Part shown: positions 24,660 through 36,726 of the stretch, in pieces
Layout: each line of letters starts with the position of its first letter
Position numbering within the stretch: the first letter of the stretch is position 1
Assembly: GCA_043228905.1 (NCBI GenBank)
Contig: JBHGNT010000005.1
Location: 6,696,001 to 6,760,000 of the forward strand
Direction of reading: 5' to 3'
DNA: 64,000 nt
Origin: Azolla caroliniana
Lineage: Eukaryota; Plantae; Polypodiophyta
Program-made: the position numbers and the translations under genes
The notes under the pieces: generated by a model
The model's database searches: none
Seen by the model: the letters and a program-made list of their open reading frames with translations, nothing else
Told to the model about the DNA's origin: nothing

Positions 24660-25100
24660 TTTAGTGGATCGAACCTCCATTTTTAGAAGGAGTAGATGTA
24701 GGACTATCTTGTGGGGAAAGGACTTAGGTCGAGTGCAACATATCCTTAAGACAAAGATCACATGGCATAGGGCATATCAACAATTGTATCTCTCTAATGA
24801 CAATTACATCCCACAAATTTTGGAGAGATTCAACATGCATTCGACCAATTTTGCAATGACATTGCTACTAGCCAACCGTAGACTTTCTGGAAAGATTGCC
24901 CTACATCAAGTTACGAAAGTGGGATCATTTGAAGTCGGTACCATATGCACCAATTATTGGCTATTCAACTGTAATCTGACTAAACTTAGCATGTATCTGA
25001 CTAAACTTAGCATGTGTGGTGGGCATAACTATTAATAAGCAGATTTATGCATAGCCCCAACTGACCACAATGGGATGCAACGAATCATAACTTCATAAAT
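24660..25100 (+). mobile_element. Copia RT remnant
   Basis: KDLGRVQHIL..I...LYLS..NYIPQILERFNM resembles KDLG..K.ILG..I.RDR..L.LSQ..YI.K.L.RFNM. Confidence 0.6.
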
Positions 25101-25336
25101 GTATTTGAGAACATGGTATGTATGTGCTTTGCTTGCCTGTCCATCGTTTCTTCCAAGAAGACGAAAGGAAGAACAGAGAGAATGAAGAGTAATCAAAGAA
25201 AGAAGCAGAAGAACAAAGAAAGAAAGATCAACACAAATAAGAAAGAAAGAACAAATGGACTTAGAACCAAAGGATAGAAAGTCAGGTTTTCTCTGAGGAA
25301 GTATGGTGGATTCTGGAACTTAGATATGAGGTTATT

Positions 25337-27577
25337 ATGCCTCCCTCATCATCCATTAAAAACACTTCCTATGCTCTCATCATTTGTAGAAAGACAAGGA
25401 ATCATGTATGTACATTGCATTTGTATACCTATATATCGAGAATTGGTCTCGATTCTCACGGATCTCTACGAAACGACCTTATCTGGATGTTATCTGATGT
25501 TGATAGTAGGTACGAGGCTCATCAACTATTCAATCAATCTGTATACGGGAACACATTTTCGTGGAATACCCTCATTCGTGGTTATTTTAGAGGTAAAAAT
25601 CTGCAGCTTGTCATACATCTGTATCGACAAATGCAAAGAGATTCATCGTGGAATCCTAATAATCATACTTTTGTCGCTTTGTTAAAAGCAAGTGGAAAAC
25701 ATAAGGATTTGCAACTAGGCATGGAAATACATAGTGAGGTTTCTTTGGCAGGTTTACTCGGAAAAGATCACTTTGTTTCTAGCTCCTTGATCGATATGTA
25801 TGTCAAATGTGGTTCAATCACAAAAGCACAAGAGGTATTCAATTCTCTCTCTTGTCGAGATACCACTTTGTGGAATGTGTTAATCACTGGATACATTGAA
25901 CATGGTTGGAATGAAGGTGCTCTTGGACTTTATGATAAGATGAAATATGAGGATATCGTGCCAAACTCAATCACATTCCTCTGCTTCTTGAAAGCTTGTA
26001 AAAGTATAAGAGACATAGAGAAAGGTCAAGAAATACATAGTGAGATTGGAAGAAGAGGAATGATGGACAGCAACCTTTCTCTTGGTAGTGCCATGGTTGA
26101 CATGTACTCTAAATGTGGTCAAATAGGAAAGGCACGTGAAGTATTCGAAAAACTTACCATTCGAAATGCGATTGTATGGACTACGCTTATAGCTGGATAT
26201 GTAGAGCATGAGCACAGCGAGAAAGCTCTAGAGTGTTTCGAACAGATGCAACGTGAACATATTCATCCTGATGCCTTTACATTTGTTTTATGTCTGAAAG
26301 CTTGTGGTAACATAAGAGCAATAGACAAAGGGTGTGAATTGCATGATGATGTTGAAAGAAGGGGCTTGTTAGAAGGCAATGTATTCCTTTATAGTGCATT
26401 GGTTGATATGTATGCTAAATGTGGATGTCTTGCAAAAGCACGAGGAGTGTTTGACAGAATCCAAGCAAAAAACACTGTTTTATGGAATACATTAATCTCC
26501 GGTTACGTTCAAGTTGGAGATAATGAGGAAGCCTTACAATGCTATGAGAAGATGCAACGTGAAGGCTTGTCACCCGATGCAACAACTCTCTTATGTACCT
26601 TACAAGCTTGTGGTAGAATAGGAGCCATGGAAAAAGGTATAGAAATTCATAATGAGATTAATAAGAAAAAGCTTTTAGAAATGGACCATCTTGTTGGCTG
26701 CGCCTTGATTGATATGTATGCAAAATGTGGCTTATTGGAGCAAGCACAAGGATTGTTTGATATGCTTCCCAATCATAGTACAGTGTCATGGAATGCATTA
26801 ATCGTTGGGTATGTCGATCATGGATATGGGAACAAAGCAATAATTTGCTTTGAAAAAATGCAACGTGAAGGTCTCTCAATAGGACTCGCATCATACTCTT
26901 GTGCATTGAAAGCTTGTGGCAGCATAGGAGCTATAGTAAAGGGTCAAGAAGTTCATATGGAGATCGAAAGAAAAGGTTTTATTGAAAGAGATGTTATGGG
27001 TAACTGTCTTGTTGATATGTATGTAAAATGCGGTTGGCTTTCAGAAGCACAAAAAGTGTTTGATAAGCTTTCAGTTCGAGACACTATCTCATGGAATACA
27101 ATGATGACAGGATATGCTCAATTTAGTGAAAGTGGAACCATTTTCCTTGTCTTTGACACAATGTTAGGAGAAGGTATGAAGCCTGACCCTGTTACATTTC
27201 TTCTTGTCCTCAATGCATGTAGTCGAACATGTCTATATAAGAAGAGCCAAACATATCTTGAGGCAATGAGTACAGTTTATGGTATGATTCCAGCACAAGA
27301 GCACCATTCTTGTATGATCAATCTTCTTGGCCGAATAGGTCAATTAGAGAAAGCAATGAAGAAAATTGGAAACCTTTCTCCTCCTAATCTATCAACATGG
27401 CATGCTTTATTGGGAGCTTGTAGAAGTTGGGGAAATACAAACTTTGGACTGAAAGCTTTTCAATATGCAGTAAATTTAGAGCGAAGTGGCACTTTGGCAT
27501 CAAATATATGCCGGGTCTCGTTTTCAAGCAATACTAGGCAAGGGGGCAGAGAAAGACATGTACAAATATTTGTGTGA
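25337..27577 (+). CDS. PLS-class pentatricopeptide repeat protein with E1 and truncated E2, no DYW (probable organellar RNA-editing factor)
   Basis: Uninterrupted 746-aa ORF of repeating P-L-S triplets (WN.LI.GY / TF...LKAC / SAL.DMY.KCG), then EHHSCMINLLGRIG and TWHALLGACRSWG (E1). Confidence 0.95.
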   Translation: MPPSSSIKNTSYALIICRKTRNHVCTLHLYTYISRIGLDSHGSLRNDLIWMLSDVDSRYEAHQLFNQSVYGNTFSWNTLIRGYFRGKNLQLVIHLYRQMQRDSSWNPNNHTFVALLKASGKHKDLQLGMEIHSEVSLAGLLGKDHFVSSSLIDMYVKCGSITKAQEVFNSLSCRDTTLWNVLITGYIEHGWNEGALGLYDKMKYEDIVPNSITFLCFLKACKSIRDIEKGQEIHSEIGRRGMMDSNLSLGSAMVDMYSKCGQIGKAREVFEKLTIRNAIVWTTLIAGYVEHEHSEKALECFEQMQREHIHPDAFTFVLCLKACGNIRAIDKGCELHDDVERRGLLEGNVFLYSALVDMYAKCGCLAKARGVFDRIQAKNTVLWNTLISGYVQVGDNEEALQCYEKMQREGLSPDATTLLCTLQACGRIGAMEKGIEIHNEINKKKLLEMDHLVGCALIDMYAKCGLLEQAQGLFDMLPNHSTVSWNALIVGYVDHGYGNKAIICFEKMQREGLSIGLASYSCALKACGSIGAIVKGQEVHMEIERKGFIERDVMGNCLVDMYVKCGWLSEAQKVFDKLSVRDTISWNTMMTGYAQFSESGTIFLVFDTMLGEGMKPDPVTFLLVLNACSRTCLYKKSQTYLEAMSTVYGMIPAQEHHSCMINLLGRIGQLEKAMKKIGNLSPPNLSTWHALLGACRSWGNTNFGLKAFQYAVNLERSGTLASNICRVSFSSNTRQGGRERHVQIFV

Positions 27578-28449
27578 ATAAGTGTATACATTTTTTGGTT
27601 AAGTGCACCCAAATTTTCTTCTCATCCAAAATTGGGTCACATTAGCTGACCAAGATATACAGGTGATCCCAATCCATGCATTCCATGATTTTATTGGATC
27701 ACACTACGCACACCAAATGATATGTGCATAGAAGCTCTCCATAATTTTTGTTTACAAGCATGCACACTAATTGTTCGCTCCTAAAAGGACTTCATAATAG
27801 TGTCATTGACATGGCGAAAAAATGATTGCCTTGTCATAATGCTGATAAATAAATGACACTACTAGCTAAAAAAAATTTCCATTCCATTTGTATAGATGAT
27901 TTTGAGATGGACATACATTGATTAACTGTTTGTTGACCTTCATAAATTGTGAGTCATGATGTCTTTGCAGTCAACCATGTGAAATGCAATTCACCTCTGA
28001 TATACTTTTGTTAAGAGATGAAGATCTTGCATGGCTTTTGACATACTTGTACTTGTAAGTCCAAACAATAGTGTATTGTTTTTTATCCCACACATTTGAT
28101 GAAATTACCTATCCAAATGTTAAGATAGTTATCTATCAATACAATGGCTTGTTACTCTATATGCTTGTAGAATAGGGAACATGCTATCTTTAAAAGGAAA
28201 ACATGAATGTGCTTGAGAAAAGTACATATTTGTTTGTGTGATAAATATGTCATATCTCATGGGAACATGTTATCAAATAATTATCCTTCCACTTGTTAAG
28301 CCTTTGTAAGTTGTGTTTGTTATCCATTGATAAAGGCCTTGTTAATCTATATGCTTGTGGAATGGGGAACATGTTACAAAAAGTAAATATCTATGAATGA
28401 TGAATGTCATATATTCAAAATTGGACACTTCCACTTATAATTTTCTAAG

Positions 28450-29150
28450 CAACCAACCACTTAGCCTTGTAACTCTTTATTGTACTAAGGTCTTTGCCGC
28501 TTAGTGCTATTAATTATTTTACTCATTTGGACATCATGTTGCTTGAGCATAATTACTAGCGATTCTAGAAGTTCACGCATGATCTTAGTTATGCTTTGTG
28601 AGCAAAAATCTTCCCTTATTCTTCTTATGTGTGGGATCACCTACATCCATCCACCTTTCACTCAATTGATGCCATACATATGTTACATACATGTGTAAGT
28701 GTATAGTTTGCATATAGCAAGACTCTATCTTAGCAACCATACCAACCATATGGCCCCAATAGCAAGTGACTAAATGAATCATGTGTTGTAATAGAATTAA
28801 GTCTATCCATCCATTTTGACATCTTGTCTGCTAAGTCATGGTATTTCATTAGAGACTTCAAATTATCGCGCAAAGATGTCATCTCGTTTATAAGAGAGAG
28901 GACTCCACCACATTTTATCAATTTGGTGTCTTGATATGGAGCTTTATAAGAGTTAAAAGTCATGATGAGAAACTAGACATGATTATTAAAGGGAAATGGA
29001 TAAGACTATAACACATGTTGAGGAAATGATGCAAATATTTTAGAACGTTGAGATATATACAAATCTTATAATGTAAACCATGATTGGCTACTCTCAATCA
29101 CCCAAACTTTAAGTGTGTTCACATCATAGGATAGAGTAGGTCACTATAAT
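28450..29150 (-). pseudogene. Decayed ORF with a Bro-N-like N-terminal domain
   Basis: One frame over ~130 codons: LSYDVNTLKVWVIESSQSWFTL*DL...QDTKLIKCGGVLSLINEMTS...ADKMSKWM. The stops are TAA/TAG, each one C>T change from a Gln codon. Confidence 0.4.
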
Positions 29151-29426
29151 AGAGATAAACAAAGAGAGGACTCCACCACATGTTATCAATTTGGTGTCTT
29201 GATATGGAGCATTATAAGAGTTAAAAGTCATGATGAGAAATTAGACATGATTACTAAGGGGAAATGGATAAGACTATAACACATGTTGAGGAAATGATGC
29301 AAATATTTTAGAACATTGAGATATATGCAAATCTTATAATGTAAACCATGATTGGCTACTCTCAATCACCCAAACTTTAAGTGTGTTCACATCATAGGAT
29401 AGAGTAGGTCACTATAATAGAGATAT
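28895..29426. repeat. 268-bp tandem duplication
   Basis: gagaggactccaccaca at 28896 and 29164; the copies are highly similar. Confidence 0.9.
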
Positions 29427-32400
29427 ACACGGACAAACATATTACAACACTCTTTGTGCAGAGTGTATCAGCCACACAAGGCTCTTGGCATCTAGTATCA
29501 CACAATTGTAGCGCCGCCCATGCTCTCGCAACTTTGTTCCTACTCTTTGTTACTTGCTACTTAGAAGCTCTATCAACCCTTCGTTATGTTCACCTCAAAT
29601 TTTCATAATGTTTGCCCTAAGTGTATTTATACTCATACACATATCAGACTATTTACAAATGTAGCTCTTATTATTATTATATAATGTATATAATAATTAA
29701 TTGGGCCGACCCGACTTGTCGACCTTGTCTTCACTTGGAGCCTCCATCAATGTAGTCGACTATAATAGTAGATTCTCTGTTTCCTCCAAGAACCAGTTGA
29801 CAACCCTGTCAACTCGCTCGTCAATCCGACTGACCATCTAGTGTTCGGCTTGTCTTTGTTCGACTGCCAACTTCTCTCATAGACTTCAATTGTCGACTTC
29901 TCCCATAGAAGGGACAAATTCCTAACAAACTCCCCCTTCACTTCTATGGGCAAAATCAACTAGTTCCGTCTTCTATCGACAGACTCTGAGTCTGTCCATA
30001 GGTAGGTTCTTCGTGAGCACGTCGGATCCATTATCATCAGTATGGATCTTCACAAGGGTAAACTCTTCCTCATCCACCTTCTCTCATAACTAGTGATACC
30101 TTCTCTGTATGTGCTTGGTCCAAGAGTGATCCGCAACGCTCTTCGCTAGATGTATGGCACTCTGATTATCATAGTGGAGTACGAATCTTTCTTGTTTCAT
30201 TCCTAATTCATTGAGGAAATTCTTCATCCATATTAGCTCCTTTCCTGCCTCTATCATAACCATATACTTTGCCTCTGTGGCCGACAACACCATGTAGTCT
30301 TCTGCAGTCTTGAATGCCACGACACTACTCCCCCTGCATAGATCATCACATAACCTGATGTGGATTTGCTTGAGTCTACATCCCCCGACATGTCTGAATT
30401 GGTAAAACCTTCGAGCACAAGTTTTCTAGAACCATACCTTGAGGTGCCTTTCAAGTACATGAGTATCCACATTACTGCTGCCCAGTGTTCTCGACATGGA
30501 TTATTCATATATCAGCTCACTATTCCAACATCAAATGTTATGTTTGGTCTCGTACAGACCATAGCATACATTAAACTGCCAACGTCCGTGGCATATGGTA
30601 CTTTCCTCATCTCGGCCTTGTCCTTTCCCCTTTTGGGCATTTTCTTGGCATTCAACTTGCAGTTTGTTAGCAATGTAGAACCGATTGGCTTCACTTTTGA
30701 CATGTTAAATCTTTCTACGACTTTTGCGGCATACTTCTCTTGTGACAACCATAGCACCTTCTTAGTTATGTCTCGAATTATGTGCATCCCTAGGATTTGT
30801 TTGGCCGAGTCTTTCATGGTAAACGATTTGCCTAATGCTTTCTTCAAGGTCATGATCTTCTTTGTGTCCTGTTCGACTATTAGCATGTCATCTACATATA
30901 ATAGGAGATCAAGAAGTCAGCTTCACCATACCTTTTTACAAACACACAATGATCAACATGTGTTTTATGGAACCCATGTTCCAGCATGAAGGATTCAAAC
31001 TTCTTGTACCATTGGTGTGGAGCTTGTTTCAAACCATACAAGCTTTTCTTTAGTTGACACACCAAGTTCTATTTTCCTTTCTCTACAAAGCCTTTGGGCT
31101 ACAACATATAGATTTCTTCATCTAATTCTCCATGCAAGAATGTTGTCTTGACATCCAACTATTCAATTTCCAGATCCATATTGGCAGCTATGCTTAGAAT
31201 AGTTCGGATGGATGTCATCTTCACGATTGGTGTGAAGATCTCATCAAAATCGACACCCTTTTTCTGTTGAAAACCCTCCACCACAATGTGGGCCTTATAT
31301 CTAGGTGTTTGTTGTCTTCTCCAGTTTTTACCTTGTGGACCCATTTGTTTCTAAGTGCTCTCTTACCTTCCGGTAGCTCAACCAGGTCACAGGTGTAATT
31401 TTCATTCAAGGAATCCATTTCATCTTGCATTGCACTCAACCATTTCTCTTCGTGCTCATCAGCTATGCCTTCATCATAACATTCTAGCTCACCTTCATCA
31501 GTCAAGAGGATGTATTGACTGGAATATTGTGTGGGTGCTCTCCTTTCTCTGAGTGGATATATCTCATGCCTCCCATTGTTGGCTCAGGTTTGGATGTTCT
31601 TGCTGACTCTTCATTCGGCTCAGGTTCATAAGTGTCAATCGGTTGTTGAAGATCAACCAACTACGACTTGTATTCCTCAATCGACTTCAGTAGGTTAGTT
31701 GACTCCGACTAATATGTATTTGTCAGTTGCTCCAAGTTAGCTAATTCTGATTTGGCTTTGCCTATTGGATGTCTCCTCGCAGTTAGCTGTGTCGGGTCGA
31801 CTATTCCTGTGTTCAAGTTAGTGGGAGTCAAATGGGAAACATGTTCTGACTTTTGTTGTTTCTAGTCCTCAATTGCCTTGTCTTCCATGAACACAATATC
31901 CATACTCCTCACCACCTTCTTATCAAGAAGATCCCACAACTTGTACCCGACTTCATCCTCCAAGTACCCCAGGAATATGCATGGTTTCGACTTATTGTCG
32001 AGCTTTGGCCTATGATTCTTAGATACATGCATATATACCATGCATCTGAACACCCTCAGGTGTCGGTAACAGACATCTTTACCTGTCCACACCCTTTGTG
32101 GGACATCACCTTTCGGAGGCACTGAGGTAGACCTGTTGATCAGATAAAGAACCGCGTACATCGTCTTAGCCCAATACCATTTTGGCAGTTTTGCATGCGA
32201 CAACATGCTCCTCACTCTTTCCATGATAGTTCGATTCATCCTCTCTACAAGCCCATTCAGCTTAGGGGTCTTAGGCATTATGTTTTCGAGCCGAATACCT
32301 TGGGACTTGCAATACTCTTTGAACTGTTCTCTGTACTCACCACCATTGTCGGTTCGAACAACCTTCAACTTCTGACCCGACTGTGATAGGACACCCTCGT

Positions 32401-32593
32401 CCTTCCTTCTCATCTCCTTAATTAGGATACTTGTCTTTACCACTTGTAGAGACATGTTTTCTTCTTGACATGAGGTACTAAGAGATACCACTAGGTTCTC
32501 CCAGCTGTCCGACAAGGTACATAGCAGAAGCAAGGCCTGCATTGCATCATCCAATGGAAACTTTGCTGCCTTAAGTTGATTCACCAACCCCAT
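29427..32593 (-). mobile_element. Copia A (Tnt1/Tork-like): partial gag fused to integrase, RT, RNase H, PPT and truncated 3' LTR
   Basis: RTDNGGEY, NGLVERMNRTIMERVRSML, LLYVDDML, TKHIQRRYH; PPT GAAGGGGGAG next to the LTR edge TGTTAGG at 29927. Confidence 0.9.
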
Positions 32594-32644
32594 TGTTGAG
32601 AGAGCAAGCTCAACATGATCTGGATCGGCTAAATATGCCAAGAG

Positions 32645-33072
32645 TGTTACCCGTTACTTTGGGTGAACACCTTCGATAGATCTGCGACTATCGGTATTCA
32701 AGGGCATGGTACGTGAAGGCTCGTAACAGAGACGTCGAGAGAGAGAGACAGGGCTCAGAGAGAAAACACTAGCGGGGTCTTGATAGACGTGGCGGCGTTG
32801 AACTCATCGGTATGGATCAAAGCACAGACTCATGGAGCAAAATGGCACAAATAAGATCTATTAATATGACAGAAAAAGATTACATAACACGGCCTATGGC
32901 CGGTGACCTTACAAGTTTATCTAGTTACGATGACCTAAGCTAGTGCTTCCGCCTATAGTTTAATTCTCCCTCTCTCTAAGGTACTGGTACTCGTTTAAAT
33001 AACTTTTTCCCCTAATACACAGCCGAGCCGTCGGTGGCTTCCTAATTTTACATTTCTGTTCTCTGGACAACA
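32645..33072 (-). repeat. Gypsy 3' LTR
   Basis: Direct repeat of 42695-43150; minus-strand TATTTAAA followed by a GA-rich tract. Confidence 0.95.
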
Positions 33073-33074
33073 CC

Positions 33075-33117
33075 TGGCACGCCCGTGGGACAGGACCTTG
33101 TCCGTCGAACCCACGAC
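33075..33117 (+). promoter_or_regulatory. Inverted tRNA-Arg PBS (TGGCACGCCCGTGGGAC) plus a T-arm-complementary box, at the position of the PPT
   Basis: 2 nt from the LTR end; complementary to the 3' end of plant tRNA-Arg(UCU) as recalled (GUCCCACYGGGCGUGCCA); no purine tract here on the coding strand. Confidence 0.8.
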
Positions 33118-33170
33118 TTACAAAATACTAACAATATTACAAAAATTGCCTTTTAGGCGTGATCCTCGTT

Positions 33171-36100
33171 TCATTCCTCTTTTAAGATGTCGAGGATGCT
33201 TTCGGGGTCCGGGGTGGTGGCAGGGTGGTCTGGTTGGACTGTCGGTGCGGGGGGTTGAGTTTGGTCCGGGGGTGGCATATCTTCTCGGACGTCCGCCTCA
33301 GGTGCGGCCGATTCTTCTGGTGGGGGTGTGGGTTCGTGGGCGCTAACCTCTACTTCGATAGGATCTGGTACCGTGTGGGCGTCCATGGGATGTCTGTTGG
33401 CCGGGACAAGGGTCTCCAGTGCCGTGTCCGTGATCTCTTTGCTGGAAGGTTCTTCCTTCTGCTCTGTGGCCGTTGGAGGGCTGGTGGGGATGGCTGCGAG
33501 TCGTTCTCGTTCGAAGGTTTCTGCTTCTAGGCGAAACAACATCTGACCGTCATTGAAGTCCTCCATTATTTGCTCGATTGCCGCGGTGTGAGATTTTGCC
33601 AAGGACTCGTAATCCTCAGTTAAATCTCCTTCCATCGGTTCTCGGCATTGGCGCGTAAAATATGCAATTCGGCAGCTGGGGCTGCCCATTCGTCTCCTGC
33701 GCGACTTAATGTTTCCTCGACCTTTTTGGTAAGGTGTTGGCGCTATTTCTCGATCAGTATTCTGATGCGTGTCTCATCCATGCCAGGTTGTGCTCGGATG
33801 GCTGCTAATTCCTGTTTTAAGCCGTCGACCTCGGCATGAATCTTCTATGTTCTTAGCTCATAGATGGCCTGAGTGTTCTTTGCATCCGCGGTTACGAGTT
33901 GGAGAGCCTGCTCGTAACGCTTGGTGAGTTCTTCGGTGGCTTGCTCCTGTTCTTTTTGACACGTGGCCCGGATTTGTTCCCGTTCGACGATTCTCTCTTC
34001 TTGTAGGGTGAAGTAGGAATCCGATAATGCGTCTTTTTGCTCCGAAAGTAGCTTGCATTTGATGACAAACTCGTCAGCCATTTTTAAGGGTCGTACGCTG
34101 ACTCTGCAGCTCGGCATTCTCCGCGATCATCCTCTCCTCCCATTGGCGATTTCTTTCCTCCTGCCGCTGGTTCCAGTCTTTTGCATTGTCGAGCGCGGCC
34201 TGTAGGTCTAGAACCTCCTTCTCTTTCTTCACCACTGTGGCTGCGTATTCCTCCAGCTTGCTTTTGAGTTCGGCTTCCTTGCCCGCGGCTTGCACTTGTA
34301 CCCGGCCCAGTGCTTTGTTCTGCTCGTGTATCCTTTGGTCGGCCTGGGCTCTCATCTCGGCCATCTGCTTGGAAGCTTCTTCTTTTAGGCGAGCCATCGC
34401 CTCTTGATGCCGTTGTTCGTGTCTCTCGGTTCGCCGTTCTTCTTCTTTAAGCTCCACACGGTAATCCCGGAGCGGGGGTTCTGTCTGGGTTGCCACCTCC
34501 TTGGGTGCACGAGGTGGTGGTATCTTGGTCTTCTCCATGGGCGTGGGCGCCTCGGTTGTTGTGCAGGCATCGACCATTTGTAACGAGTCTGTTTGTGTAC
34601 TGGCATGTACCGTTAGCATTGAGTCGGTGATGGTGCTTGCATCCATCATTGTTATGCGTGGAGGCGCTGGGAGGGTCTCGGTGATCGTTACCGGAAGGCT
34701 CAAGAGTTGTTGTTCCGGCCGGTTTTGCTCCCAGGCTGCCAGCTTCTGGTTCGCAGCGTGCCATAGTTTTGTAGCCATCTTAGCCTGTTTTTGGGTTATT
34801 TTTATCTTTCGGGCCATGTCTTTGGCTGCCCGCGTAGTGCGATCCAGGTCCCGATATGCCTCGATAAGGGCCGTGTTTAACTCGGGAACCTCCATGAGGA
34901 GAGCGGCCTGTTTTGCCTGCTTCTTCCTCCCGATTTTTTGTAAAGCCCTGTCCTCCTGGGGCTCAATTTCACCTATTAGCGCGCATTGAATCATTTTTGT
35001 TTCGGCGTGCTCTTCCGCCATTCGAGCGGCTGCCACGACTTGGGCTCTGGCGAGGAAGTTGACCAGCTCGAATGACGTACCGAGGCGTAGGAGCGCACTA
35101 AATTCGTAAGCCTCCGCGGGGAGGTCCTTATACCCGAGGACTTCATCCTCCGAGATCTGCATTGTTTGCCCATGCTCGATCGTGCCCTGGTTCAGCGATG
35201 CCTCCTCAGGGGTGATGGCCAGGTTGCTCTATCTGACCACTAAGGCTTGCTCCTGTTGTGGCTCTTTCTGTTCTTCCGAGGACTCACGGTTGAGTCGTCT
35301 TCTCTTGCTTGGCTGTGTTTGGGGTTCCGGGGCCGGTAGTGTCGTTTCCTCCGCCTGCTTCCTTTTCTGGGGTCGTGGTGGTGCCGCCTGCTGTGTGTTG
35401 GGGTGTGGGATAGGTCCTGGGGACGTTACCGAGGGGCGCGACGTTGGGTGTCGAATGGTGACGTCATCGGCTGTGTTGTCTTCCGCAGCTACCTCCTCCC
35501 ATTCTTGGCAGGTCTCAGAAACTGCCCGTTTTTGTTGGGGTTGGGTGGGTGGTGGTGCAGATGCGGGTTTTTGGTCGGCGGCAGGAGATGAAGGCGATGT
35601 GGGCTCCTCCCATGCTTCGTGGCTGATGGAAACGAATTTCTCTCTCTGCCTTCGTGGTGGTGGTGGGGACGTGAGTGTGCGAGGGGAAGGAAGAGAAGAG
35701 GGTGGGTATAGAACCATCAAAAAGTGGGTAAGAACAGACAACATCTTCTTACCGGACTGAAATGAAGCTAAGGTGGCGCAGAGTCCCTCACCTATGATGA
35801 TTCCCCAATCAATTCTGTTTCCTTCATACGCACTGATGATGATGGCTACCTTGTTCTGCGGCATACTCGTTGGGTTCGTATTTACGAACGCATACTCCAT
35901 TAATATACGAGCAATCTCCCCGAAAGCTTTGTTGGGACCGCCATACGTGCGATATGCCTTCCCTGAGGCTGAGTACTCACCGAAATACGCCTTCATCTTT
36001 GATGCCGGGGGTATGTCGACCTCATGGTCCCCTCCCCGTTGTAGGTCCAAAACAGCCCGAAGCACGTTGTTGGTGATGGCTTCGGGACTTATACGTTTAG

Positions 36101-36479
36101 CCATAGTTTGGGCATCTGGGTGCGCGGGGGCATCGATGATCTTCAGGTAACTGCCCATTCCTCGTTCCTGGAGCCAGGCGCGGGTTTCTATTGAGGCGGT
36201 AAGAGGCATGTTGGAGATGGAGACGGGGTTCGACTGTGTGGAAGCGTGAAAAAGAGTGATGAGGCGAGGGCGAGACACAGGAGGAACAACAGGCAGGGGA
36301 AGTCCAGCAGAGGGGTTATGAGAGCGAAAGAGAGGTTGAGAGCAAGAGCGTTTAGCGTGGTGAGGGCGAGACGAGGTTTCTGAGCTTGACAACGATGGAG
36401 ATGGGGAGCGATAATGGTCTGTGCTGCGTTTTGGAAACGGTTTTAGTAACTTACTCCTAGGGTTTTGTGCCTGAAGCAA
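33171..36479 (-). CDS. Gypsy 3' extra ORF (~1000 aa ancestral, now disrupted): globular N-domain, Pro-rich linker, long coiled coil
   Basis: ORFs 35229-36479 and 34074-35162 are in frame across a single TAG; coding continues through frameshifts into 33845-34117 and 33171-33689. Confidence 0.75.
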
Positions 36480-36726
36480 ATCCTGAAGATTCTAAGTCGT
36501 GGGTGCCATAATAAGTGACTAGCACCACGTGTCCTGAAGGTGAGTGGGGTGCTTCTAGTGCTTTGCATGTGCTTAAATAGGTACTAAATGAGTGGTGGTG
36601 AGGGGTGCTCCTAAAATTGTGGGTGCCTAGGTGGGTGGTGTAGGTGTAGCTAATCAGTGGCTAAACTATGGTTAATCCTACCTACTACTACTTTTATTAA
36701 TTTCAAGAAGGTGGGTGAGTTCTTAT

